DNA of 64,000 bases from Botryllus schlosseri (Eukaryota): NCBI GenBank assembly GCA_051294905.1, contig CM119386.1, positions 8,494,001-8,558,000 on the forward strand, read 5' to 3'. The number at the start of each line of letters is the position of its first letter. Positions within the stretch are counted from its first letter, which is position 1. The notes under the pieces were generated by a model. That model saw only the letters and a list, made by a program, of their open reading frames with translations, was not told the origin of the DNA and searched no databases. Made by a program: the position numbers and the translations under genes. Shown here in pieces: positions 1-12,200 of the stretch.

Positions 1-292
1 AACATAAACACAGTCATGTATCATCGTGTCTAAATTATTTAGAAATTTTTCTATGGTGGCATGAGCCGCATGACTTGAGTTTGAACGGATTATTATTGCA
101 AATTATCACAGTATATTTTTATCATATTTCGAATACTAACATTTCTGAATTGCAGCGCCCATTGTAATAATGCAACATTCGGTGGTGTAGTATATACTTT
201 TATGCGGAGCCGGTCATTCAGGATGCGTGTAGTAGGCCCATGTACGCCTTTAATTCTCAATTTTCCAGTTCTGTCTTCTTTGCCTCGGGAGT

Positions 293-3200
293 TTACGTGA
301 TGAATTTGACTTGATATGACACCAGGTGCCCTCTATCCCATCCGTAAAGCCTCTTCTCGTTGTCGTTGTAATCCAGACTGGACATTGCTCCATACCTAAT
401 CATTTAAAAGTATCCCATTAACGAAATATATTATACTGCATGATTGTGGAAGCAGAGTCATTGCGGTTCTCATTTATGCACAATGCATAATGGGTTGGCA
501 ATATCATCATCATCATCATCATCATTGGTTTATTAGCAATTTTATCAGTTCAATACACCACAAAAATGCGATACAATGAAAAGACAGGAAGATGTCGAAG
601 CGACAAGGAGTAGTCTATGGAATCTGACACCCACCGTGGCCTAGGCGATGTAAAGAGGAGGCATGCACACTGAATGAAAGTAAAGAAGATAGTATAGAAG
701 AAGAATGCGACAAGAAATAGGGCGGCATGTCATGGGAAGCGAGATCGATAGGTCAGTCGTGGTCCGGTAATCTTGAGGATGGACTGTATAGGTGTAAGTA
801 TACCGCGTAAGCTCGTTTAAAGCTGGATTTCCGTATTGATATTTGATAGTGCGTGATTGGAGACAAATTTATCTCGGTGACGTGGGGAAGCGGGTGCATG
901 GCTGAGTGTGCAATGGTTGCTGGCTCGAGCCTCGGCTCTGCCAGGTTTCTCAGTGTCGGTGGTTCATCTGGGCTTCACGTCGCTGACCTCATTGCAGCTG
1001 CAGTGACTCAAAAAGCTCAGAAATTACAGTGAGTTTAGCGATGAAAACAGAAATCACCTGATCTCGATTGGAATTTTAGGCCAGGAGCATCGCGACGTTC
1101 TCAACTCAAATGCATAGTTCAAGGTTGTTACGTGGACATCATACCGCTGCAGTGTGTACAGAACTCCATTGGCGATGAAAGCATTCCCTGCTGATCTCTT
1201 CCGAAAGTCCGTATACCATGTCTGTTTAACCTGAAGTGTATACTCTGGGGATTAGCGTTGCATTTAAAACAAAGATCAATGTCAATGTCAAAATCAACAT
1301 GTTTAAAAAAGGCCCAAATTTAAAACATATTTTTTAATGTTTATTTTAAGTCATGACGTTGCGAATATTCAATTGTGATGTCATAGTGGATTGATATTAA
1401 CAATTGAAAATATAGGGTAAATATAGCTCATTTGACGAAATATCTGTACTATTAATGTTGAACCGACTATTTTGAGGGTTCCGATCATCCCATGTCAATA
1501 TATGTCCGTAAGCTCATACAACATGTTTTTCGGAAAGTATTTACACAATGGCATAATTTTACAACTTAAAACAAACACAATTTTTTTTAAAAGGCCTTTG
1601 TTTAAAACATGTTTTAAACAAAGTGTTTTAAAACACCGTTTGTTTTAAATACAACGCTACTGGGAATTATTCAGGGATATCTAGATATCCCTGATGACAT
1701 TAGTACTAGCGTCCGCATTCGGGACCCGCTCAAACGAACAATGTATTCATTTTCTCGTAATAGACGTGCACGATATCAAATTGGAACCGTGCAACTTTAG
1801 TACGTCTTTATGAATTGCGAGTCTGTGAACGGTTTGGCAGTAATGGTATTGGCCTATCCCACCAGCACTAATGTTTTAAGTTTACAAAGATACTTGATCG
1901 AAATCGTGGCCATTTTGGACGTGTTATCGTTGCTGAAATATGTTCGCTGATTTTCAATATCTCGAATTACTTTATTCCTAAGAGTGGTAACGCAGTACAA
2001 TCAAAAGTAGGGAATTGCTGGTCGGTCGGGGCTTTTCAGACATTATATCAATAAATACAGTGCTTCCCAACTATTTTCAGTTCGCGACCTACTCTTACCG
2101 CAATGTTTCATTGTGCGACCAACCATGAGATATGAATATGACCGAACATATGAGAACATATTTCAACGTACAATAGGTCGTGTCAGTGACGAGTTAAATT
2201 AGATGCTTACAAGTGAAATTGCGTGACAATTTGAGTATACGAGTGTATCAAGCTGACAAGAATGCTCGTAATGGTGGATTATACAAACGAGTACGTGGGT
2301 ATTCAAACATAGTCATTCGTCGTTTACGTCGAACGTAAAAGGGTCCCGAGTATTGTTTGCCAATTACAATCGGGCTGGATTGCATTGTCCAATCAACGTT
2401 CCCAATTTCAAGGCATACACGAAAACACACTGCCCAATTTCGCACTCCTATCAAAATGACTGTCATGAAAATCTGTTTCGCAAATTATTGTAAGCGCGGG
2501 GCCTGGGTTTAATTCCGAGCAGGAGAACGGGTATGAGCCCGTCTAACCGTGTTTGGAATTTTTTGGAAAATTGAATAAAAAACTGTAACATTTATAAATT
2601 CTTCGCGACCCACCAGAAATACGTTCGCGGCCTACTGATGGGAAGTACTGAATTAATGTATACCGCCAGGTCGCAATAAAATGACGTAGTGAGCCCATAT
2701 ATAGATTTCCCCAACGACAAAATAATAGTTTAGAAGCAATGAAATGGTACAGTGCATCTTCAGAACGTATATATTGCCGTGAAGTATGCTTAGGTATACT
2801 CCACAATGGAAGAGCACACAGATTCACAAAATTTGTGAATCGCTACTGTTTCAAGGCCGGCTATAGTGGCGGTCAAAATGATTTGCTAATAGCTAGCACA
2901 TTTCCGATCGATATTCTCGCCGATCTAAGCGTTACCTTCAAACTTTCCTCTTCCAATTGTGATACTGCGATATTCCAATTATTGTTTGGCGTGGCGTAAA
3001 TTACTTTTACGCCACCTTGATCAACGGCAAAATCAATATCCGTGCTTCCAGCCCATTGGTAAGGAGACAGATTTCCGAATCCGGAATTCGGGAGGTTACT
3101 AGAGCGTACTAGTGATCGCCTTTCAAAGTTGTATTTGCATATGATTGATGTGTTGTACCTGCCAAGGTATATATAGAATTACGGTAGCACAATCCGCGAC

Positions 3201-3897
3201 GGGACAACCGCCGAGACGATTTCAAGTATACTTCGTAATCACTTATAATGCAACCACAAAGACAATAACGTCAGTTTAACTTGATCGTTCGTACGTTAAT
3301 CACCACTGCGCAGAACTTGGCTTGCATGAACGAACAAGAACAGAACATGCATGGCCTGTACGATATTATCTAGATTAGGTAAAATTAGTTTTTATTCGGT
3401 GACAGGTTATGGCAATTGCTCCACCGTGGAAATTTTAGCATTTTGCAAGCATATTGAACCCGTGGTGTGGATGACTGTATACGTATTGTTTTAGGCCTCA
3501 CATATACCCACATGTTAAAGTATAAGTGACCGTTTAACACAGCGTGCCCGGTACCACCCCAGTCCACCGGAAGTGTATGCGTTTCCGGCTCAAAGCCCGC
3601 CATAAAATGCTCCATCGAATCATAGACTACAACTTTGTTGTTGCGATAGTAATTGTCCATCACGAAGATTCTATCATCCGTAGAGTTTGGATCCTGAAGG
3701 AGAATTAGGAAGGCATATTCATAAAATGTGCATAATGTGATATGCACCTTCATCCAAGCGCCAAACGCACTGTTTGTGAACTTTTTATGAACGTGAGGTT
3801 CTGATAGTGATGCAATAAGGCGACTCTGGGCGACGTCTTGCTCTTCCGCAATGCGTTCGATAGCACGCTCCGCGGTAGAATTTGTCGGAAGTTTTGC
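293..3897 (-). CDS. Olfactomedin (OLF) domain, last five coding exons: 3897-3748, 3693-3512, 3158-2936, 1230-1058, 395-293 (stop TAA 295-293)
   Basis: The exons join in frame with GT-AG boundaries and give OLF motifs FGAWMKDP, WGGTGHAVLNGHLYFN, YQWAGSTDIDFAVDQGG, TWYTDFRKRSAGNAFIANGVLY and SSLDYNDNEKRLYGWDRGHLVSY. Phases 0/2/0/2 checked by hand. Confidence 0.93.
523..785 (-). mobile_element. L2/CR1-like retroelement 3' end (family A), in last intron of the OLF gene
   Basis: Shares the core ATGCGATACAATGAAAAG..GGAAG.TGTCG....GACACCCAC..GGCCTAGGCGAT with seven other copies. On the minus strand it ends in AATAAA plus an (ATG)n tail. Confidence 0.7.
1253..1659. mobile_element. hAT-type MITE (TAGCGTTG termini)
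   Basis: TIR tagcgttgcatttaaaac / gttttaaatacaacgcta; 8-bp TSD ctggggat / ctgggaat (7/8). Confidence 0.8.
2058..2650. mobile_element. hAT (Buster/Charlie-like) MITE
   Basis: TIR cagtgcttccca / tgggaagtactg; degenerate TSD aataaata / aattaatg (6/8). Confidence 0.6.
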
Positions 3898-4555
3898 CTA
3901 CAGGATATAGATAAGCACATCAGCTTCAGAACGAGATTAATCAAAGTGATATAAAGTCACCACCCTGACAATATCGTTCAATGTTCAGGAGTCAGAGCTC
4001 GTCGATGATCCCATCTAATTTCAGGTATAGGGGGAGGAACGGACATAATTCTCAGTTGACCCAGTTTAATGTTACATCACAATGATCAGGTATAGTTATA
4101 TTTACATGGACCATTGTGACAATGACGGCAATAACGGTTTGCTATCACGTGTAGCTAATCTGCTAATGAAATATCCTGTACAAAAGAGTATACCGTCAAT
4201 CGAGTGTCGTCAATTCAATACGAGTGTTACATTGGTTTCGTAATACGGCACGCAATAAGTGACAAATTCTGCACCATGACTAAACACAGGTCGTGGTTCG
4301 TGAAGGGAATAGAGCATTTGCAAATTCTCACCCGCTTTACCTGAGCTCTCTTTTTAAGTAAATGGTTCAGCCTCCACTTTGATTGCCTCACAAAAGTCGT
4401 CAATCCTCTGATACCGTGGATTTTGTCCCGCGTCATGAGCAATGCCATTAGGGATAAGCAATACAAGGAGAGAAAAATGACAAAAGCGATTGATCGCAGG
4501 TTCCGCATCTAAGCAAGATAATGTAGTTATAGGAAAATCACTTCGTCGTGAAAAT

Positions 4556-5563
4556 TAGGGATGGTGTGAACCTCTGAAAGGTTCAGGTTCGTGTAAACGC
4601 GAACCTTTTGGAAAGGTTCTGTGTGAACGCGAACGTGAACCCCATGACGTCACGTGACGACATATTGCTAATTCCAACCCCATATTTCAGTGAAGTGATA
4701 GGCTATATTAATGTGCACGGTACCTAGCGACGACTCGGGCCACATAATGCCACAATGCTGAAGTACATACTGACGTTTTGAACTTCGCCAAATGTATCAA
4801 CTGGGCAATCAAATGATATAATATTATCATGAAATCAATATCCTCCGTCGCTTTGCCAACAATTTCGACGAGGACTTGCAAGGGAATATATGCTTACGCC
4901 ATAACGGTATAGGTCAGACTGGACAACGTATTTGGCGTCTGAGTATTGCTACGTTGAAAGTGACCAGGGTGTAAAACGAGTTTCTATACTTGCTACCGAT
5001 ATTACCCCATTAAAAAGTAATACAGCAGTAGCCAATACCCCAATCGCAAGGATTTGGATTTTATGGTACGATAAACATATAAAGTCAAGATTAATTGATC
5101 CCGTACGCCTGCTCGATTTTTTTTACATCAGACAACAATATTAATTTCATTGTTTGGATGAATAACCATCATTCGCTGACTACCTGCATGTAGTGTATTT
5201 CGCTCTTGATGTTGTGTGATTGCGAGTCAAGCTCACAACAGAGAGTCACTAAATATTCACAAACGGAAAGCTGGATCTTTCGAGCAACCTTTTGTAACAA
5301 AGCAAGTGAAATTTTTGAGATTGTCAAGGTCTATGCTCGATTAGAGTTGATTTTTTTTTGCTGCCAGCGCCATGCATAGAGTGGCTCGCAGTTGAAATGC
5401 GAATAATTTCAATCAAAGATGTTATGATGAGGTGAAAAGTGTAATATATGAAAAAAGTTCACAGTGCAGAACTTACCAAGGTTCGTTTGTGAACGTGAAC
5501 CTCTAAATTTCTGAGGTTCACACACAGAACGCGAACGTGAACCTCACGTTCACACCATCCCTA
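4556..5563. mobile_element. hAT (Ac-like, TAGGGATG termini) non-autonomous element, 1008 bp
   Basis: TIR tagggatggtgtgaac / gttcacaccatcccta; perfect TSD gtgaaaat; subterminal GTGAAC/GCGAAC repeats. Confidence 0.92.
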
Positions 5564-6837
5564 GTGAAAATGCCGCAAAGAGCAAAGTTATCGTCGCAAT
5601 TGTGATGTGTAGTTTTAATGTCTGGTGTTATAGGCTACTTATGCGGGGTACTATAACCCTTTGGCTCACGGCTGTGATCCACATCGCATGATAATAAACT
5701 GGACAAGTTGACAATTCCACGAGATATAAATAATAGCGAATATTCTATCGACACAGCCGTTATGTGTGTTCATTATTCAGTCAAATAACTATATATAGTT
5801 ATAGTATAGTTATAGTATATATACTTAACTGATTTGGAATTATACTTTACTTCAGCGGTATATCTAATATAACAGACTAAATAATATTTCTCACCCTTTT
5901 GCTTTTCCAACAAAATTCCACCTGTGGTATTGGAGCATCACAAAGGTGATCTCTACTCTGAAACCGAAATTGCTTGATATAGGCATTCTTTATTTTAGGA
6001 ATTCGCGTCTTTTCTTGCTTCATTAGTGTATTGATAGGTTTTCGATAGCTGCAACTCTGATTTTTTATCTCAACCCACACCTCACCTGCTATACGATTGC
6101 TACTTATGTCTATATCTAGGCCTATATGTAATATGTATACGTCGTACGCGCACGGTAGCGTCGAATGTCGCAGTATTGACATACGATTAGTTACAAATCA
6201 TCATTTGATGCAACCGCATACTTGACTTGATTGATCAAGATTGTATGCCTGCGGGCTAAATTGAAACTCTCATAACCCATTTGATGCATCTGATTTATGG
6301 TCACTCTGTATTAGTGTTGCTGGTCTGGTTTGCATTTGTAGCTACTGGTCGCGGATCTTTCAGCTAGAACGAGACGGCTTTTGTATGCCACATGTAGCAA
6401 CTCTGCCATGATGATTTGACAGGTTGTTGTTGTTGTTTGTGGTATTCATGGTGTTAGTCGACTACTATGGTAATTTACACCATAGGCAAATTTTCTTTGT
6501 TTTGATTCCGTAGCTGCCGACTTGTAGAATTGACAGGTTTTCGATCAGTGTATTACAAGAGAACCACTGACCTAGACCTCTCCTCCATAAACGTAATCAT
6601 ATAGTTGTCTCACAAGGGGCTGAATAAGCGCGAAAACACGAATCGCAATTTGATAAAATGTAAAAGCTATGTCGCACGCAAGCAAAAAAATATGACTGCG
6701 ATTAACAGGAAAATACAATGCACATTGCACATGATTGCACTTGCACAATCAAATTATATCTCGTATAAATCAAGATTTGAATGACTATATGGGAGCAGGA
6801 TATGTCGCCTGATATCCCGCACACTGAATACTTCAGT

Positions 6838-7035
6838 CATGAATTCGACCCCCAGCCGGGTCAGACCAAAGACCTGGTTAGTAACACTGTTATCCGTGGC
6901 TTCCCGCTTTGGCGCTCATGCATTACTGGGATGGCATGGAGGAGTGGTGCAAGACTTAGGAAGCCTTACAAGGCTATATCTGCACCTTCGGTGTATATGC
7001 CGCAAAAAACATCAAGGACAAAATAAACTACGTCT
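6838..7035 (+). mobile_element. tRNA-derived SINE (family B), internally deleted copy
   Basis: Degenerate B box, then ccgggtcagaccaaagac...ggcgctcatgcatta core and 3' tail ggtgtatatgccgcaaaaaacatcaaggacaaaataaacta, as in copies at 52676, 44419 and 54925. Confidence 0.8.
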
Positions 7036-7052
7036 AGCATTTTCCGGTTAGA

Positions 7053-7595
7053 ATGGCCGGAGGGGTGATGCAATACTTAGAAAACCTAACACGGTTATAT
7101 CTGCACTTTCTTTTTCCTGCGACATATACACACCATATGCACTTAGGTATGCATAAAATGCACAGATCGAGTGTGTGTAAACTGTGTATATATCAATTCA
7201 TGAATCGGTGTATATTAGGGTTACCATATTTTGGAAATCTGCGAAGAGGACACTTTTTCAAAATTTTAAAACTTGCAAAACCGGAGGAAAATCCTGAAAA
7301 ATTGTAAATTTTTCCCACTTCGTTGTCGATTGACTGAAAAAAAGATCAACTTCCCGGCCCAGCTCCCGAAATGCCCGCCGGAGCGTTACTTCGGTGCTGA
7401 TTTACTGTATCTAAGTCGATTTTGCCATATATTTATCCAAAATTCTCTAAAAAGAGGACAAAATCTCAAAAGAGAGGACATTTGGCCGTCCCCCGAGGAC
7501 ACTTTCAAAAAAGAGGACAAATCCTCTTAAAAGAGGACGTATGGTAACCGTATGTATATGCCGAAACAACATCAGGGAGAAAAATAGATAACGTC
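7053..7595 (+). mobile_element. SINE family B 3' portion interrupted by a hAT MITE (7216-7552)
   Basis: SINE sequence ...gaatcggtgtatat stops at the MITE and resumes as tgtatatgccgaaacaacatcagggagaaaaatagataacg. Confidence 0.75.
7216..7552. mobile_element. hAT MITE, TAGGGTTACC family
   Basis: TIR tagggttaccatat / gtatggtaaccgta; duplicated tgtatat on both flanks; AGAGGAC subterminal repeats. Homologous to 42597-42895 and 45101-45454. Confidence 0.85.
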
Positions 7596-8487
7596 ATATT
7601 CCTATTTCAATTATGATGACGGATATCCTGTCAGCGGAGCCAATAATTGGCTATACCGTAATCGTGCATAGCGCAGAAAAAGATTTCGGTCGGAAATTTT
7701 CGGTGAAATCCATACTTGCAGCTGCCATAAAGTAAGATTTATGAACATTGAACGTTTAGAATAGTATCCACGAGCCCCTATTAAGCCGCGAGGTACAACT
7801 AGCAAGTTCCGGGCAGTTCAATACAGAATCACTATGATAGAATGTCTACATGTGCAGTGCACTGCACAATGCACTCGTGAGTCGTGGAACAATGGTAGTC
7901 GGGTATCCGATAATTACATCAAGGTGTTGATTTTGAGATTAAACGGGGGAATACGAATTTGATTGCAGCAGTGCAGTTGCTACCCGCACTTCAAAGCGTC
8001 AACTATGAAAAGTGGTTTAGACTGAATAGTAAAATCTTAGTCATGTCGCGCGACGAGTCTCAGCAACCGAGACATGGCTTCGGCCTATTACGTCACTTTT
8101 ACAGTCCAGTTTCCAGTGGGCCTAGGGATTTCCGAATATGACATTTCGACACTACGTAGAAAGCTTGCTTTGTCGACTTGCAAAATGCACAAATTCACCA
8201 GTATGCTGAAGTTACTCGGGTACCACCCGCGACAGTTTCGCGTACCACAGTTTGGGAACCACTGGAATATTATACCATATAGCCGGCGTTAATAGTAGCA
8301 GATTTTTAATTTTCAGATGTATTGCACATGCCCGAACGAATAAGACACCATATATTTCAGTAAGTCTAAAATGTGCCATACAATAGGAAATATTTTGCAA
8401 TTCCCACTGCACAGTAGGCTAATAGTTGCATTTATACGTCATATTCTATAACTCCGGTTCTGTGAAGGCAACCACAATGGCAGTATA

Positions 8488-8735
8488 AGTTTATTAATAA
8501 TTTCATCATTTCAAAACACCACAATACTTCGATACAATGAAAAGATAGGAAGGTGTCGGAACGACACGTAGTAGACTTTGAAATCAGACACCCACCCGGG
8601 CCTAGGCGATATAAAAAGGACGCATGTACAATTGTACACTGAATAAAAAGTACAAGAAAATAACATAAAAGGAAATGAGATGGCATGTGACAAATATATC
8701 ATGGTCGTGGTCCGGTGAACTTGATGGCTGACTAG
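8488..8735 (-). mobile_element. L2/CR1-like 3' end (family A)
   Basis: Colinear with the copies at 523-785 and 34151-34400. Confidence 0.75.
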
Positions 8736-9200
8736 TATTCATTCAGTAGAAATTACTTGTATTTCGGCTTGAATGTGAACCCTGAACATGAACATGCTAG
8801 ACGACTGAAATGGTGAAATGGATATGATACCCCTGACTTAGTTAGAGCGGCAGATTTGGGTTCAAAACATAGTCAGGTCGGATACTTTATATCTGTTGCT
8901 CAGCGCAAAGAGGAAAGATGCCACCATTATCAAGGAATAAAAACGAGTGTATTGTATGCGTACAGTGTAGCAATGTAAGTGCCGTTGTAACTGCAATTAG
9001 AATTATAGAGTATCATGGTACACTCCTACTTTCATCCACTATAGTAACACAAAAGAAGCAGAAAATCCTCCCTCAAAAATAGCGTAGTTTCCTCCTATCG
9101 TTGTCACGTCATTATACTTTTGTGAAAAAGGTTCTTCTTTCGTTACCGAATTGGAATTCTTTGATCGATTACTGAAATCGTTTGCGGCAGCTGTTGTCCA

Positions 9201-12200
9201 TTATATCGAACCTTCCGCGTCCCCCGAAATATCAGTCCCGTTCTCCTCGCGGGAATTTAATAAAGAACGGAGATGATTCATTACACTCTCATTGCTTCTG
9301 TTGATTATTTCTAATGATGAATCATAAGCATTGGCATCGGAGTCTTCGACACGCATAATAGCACTGCTGCCGGAGACGTTTCCCTTAGTACCGTATGTCG
9401 TTTTCTCGATACGATGGGAGATGTGATTTGAATTTTCTCGGTATAATATATCTTTTGTCACATTAGATAAGATCGTGGTTAATTTCTCTTCGTCTGTTTC
9501 GATTCTTTCGTTAATAATAGTAGAAGTGGATTCGTAATCTGTGGTTGGATTTTTACTTCTGATTTCGTAGGATTCAGAAGAAGAAGTGGTCAAAGAGTGG
9601 CTTTCACCCTCGCTAGTTTCCAACATAAGTCGTTCGGTGATAGATGCGGTGTTGAACGACGTAGGATCACTGCGAGTGAAGATTGATTCGTGTACTGCGA
9701 ATTCACCGCCATCGATCTCAGCGGTTATCTTCGGAGTCAATGGCGAGTAGTTGTCTTCTGTTAAGTTAATTGTACTTGCATCAGTCCTACTCGGTGAAGC
9801 TGTGGTAGGCGTATTACCTTGTATTGTTGTGGCATTTCCTTGTGCCAATGTATTTCGTGATGTACCATTGTGTGGTAGCACATGAGGAAGGCTGGCAGTT
9901 ATTGCGCTGGAATTGCGGATAAGGCTTACCTCGGATGTATGATTCTGATCAGCCCTTTCATAGTATTGATCAGTGTGCCACACGTCTGATTTCTCGCGGT
10001 CTCTCTTTGTGGAGTCTGAAAATTGCACTCCGGCGTTTGAAACTGCCTCCGGTATTATTGTTTCGGTAACATCTTCGTGGGTTGAAAGTATTTCGGAGGG
10101 ACGAACACTGGCAGGCAAGGCGGATGCGATATATTCCATCTTGGGAGAGGACGTGGTAATGAAATTAGTAGATGTTGTTTCCACGTCATTTATGATCGCA
10201 GGATATTTCGTGACGGTTGCTGTGAACGGTATTTCTTCATTGTCGTATTGGCGCGTAGAGGTAGGTCTATCCGTCAATGGTACCGGCGAATGTTTCAACT
10301 CTTCAGTGTGTGCTCCGATCTCACTGGAAATGTTTTTATACTTTGGATCGACTGAATTGGTTCTAGCTGTGGTTAGTAGCCGAGAGCCGTGTATTTCGTT
10401 TGCCTCGGTCTGGGTTGATTGGATTGTTCGTGTAGTTTGTATAACACTCTTATCGGAACTATACAGCTCTGTTGGCTGCTCGTGCTTGATCGTTACAGAA
10501 GATGTAACCGAAAGATGCTGTTCACCTCCCGAACTTGTTTCTAACATACCATTACCCGAATATACCCTAGGCGTTGGTGGGACAGTGAAGCCGCCGAGGT
10601 CACGGTCGCGTACTTCAATCGTTGCTGGAGATTCAAGAAATCCGGACGTTCGTGTAGTTTGTAGCAGGCTCTTGTCGGTTACAACAGCTATGCTCAGCTG
10701 CGCATGATTGTTAACCGCGACAGTATATTGCTCTGTAGTGGGAGGTTCGTTCTCTGTCATTGTAGAAGATGTGACTGAACGAACATTTTCTCTTCGCGGA
10801 CTTGTTTCCTGACTGTCATCATCCGAATATGCGCTAGGCGTTGGAGTTACACGGATTTCGTGATCAGTAACATCGAGTACTAGTTCATTAATTTCGCTAC
10901 CCGCAATCATTTTGCTAGTCTCGAAAATCCGCAAATCATTTCGATGAGATACCGCCACGGCAGAGTCATATGCGTACAGCATTTCGTCGGTTTTGAGTGT
11001 TGGGGTAATTGAGTCGATGACACTGAAGGTCTCAGATTGAACTGATTTTGAAGTTGACGTCGATTCGACACTTTGGATGAATCTGCGTAGTAAACCCCCA
11101 AAAGTATATTCATTAACAGTGCTGCTTTCGTCATTAGTTTGTATCTTTTCTCGAGAAGATGATTCATCAAAGCTTTCGTAAATGGTAGTCGCAGGCAGAG
11201 TTGCGTACAACACATCGTTGGTTTTGGGTGTAGTCGAAATTTGGCCAAGGCCACTGAAGATCTCAGATTGGACTGATTTCGAAGTACGGATCAATTCAGT
11301 ACTTTGTGTGGGTATGTGCATTAAACCCCCAGAAGTATATTCATTAGCAGTGCTCTCATACTGGGTTTGTACCTTTTCCCGGGAAAATGATTCATCAAAG
11401 CTTTCGTAAATAGTAGTGGTAGGCTGAGATACTGAGTACAACACTTCTTTGGTTTTTGGCGTAGTGGTAAGTGGGTCGATGCCGCTGAAGGTCTCTGATT
11501 GAACTAATTTTGAAGTTGGGTTCAATTCGGCACTTCGAGTGAATCTGTGGATTACACCTCCAGAAGTATATTCATTAGCAGTGCTCTCATACTGAGTTTG
11601 TAGCTTTTCCCGGGAAGATGATTCATCAAAGCTTTCATAAATAGTAGGCCTAGTCGTAGTCAGGGATGCGTAAAGCACTTCGTTGGCTGTGGGTGTAGTG
11701 GTAATCGGGTCGATGCCAATGAAGGTGGTCTCAGATTGCACTGAATTCGAAGTTAGGGTCGATTCGGCATTTTGGATGAATCTATGTACTAAACCTCCAG
11801 AAGTACTCTCATCGTGAATATGTACATTTTCTCGGGAAGATGATTCATCGAAACCTCCATCAATAGCAGTGGTAGGCAGAGATGATGTTGTAGTTCTTAA
11901 AATTAATGCATTAATGTACCCAGAAACAGGAGTCTCGCGTATGGTCTCAGACGGGCTCGTTGTAGGATTGCCGACTCGCCCAAAGTCTTCGACAATTGGT
12001 GGTTCCGTTAGGGTGACAGTTGTATGAACTGATACATCTGCAGAATCCGCATAAAGTGTCTGAATTTGACTAGGATTTCCTTCCAACTCTACAAATTCCA
12101 CAGCTCCCGTTGTTGTTTGAACGAACGCCTCGTGTGAATTCGAGATTGTGTTGTGTGTGTACTGATCAGAGAGATAATCATCAATCTTATATAACGTATC

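Noticed and set aside
790-960. LINE ORF2 C-terminus next to the family A copy (..IRKSSFKRAYAVYL..)
   Set aside because: Only a vague resemblance over a few residues, and the frame is closed by a stop shortly upstream.
6360-6620. Extra exon(s) between the mucin and OLF exons
   Set aside because: Candidate acceptor/donor pairs were weak, frames contained stops, and none was needed for phase compatibility.
8700-8735. Helitron interpretation of family A (ends in CTAG on the plus strand)
   Set aside because: No convincing subterminal hairpin or consistent A|T insertion, and the opposite end has AATAAA plus microsatellite tails typical of L2/CR1 retroelements.
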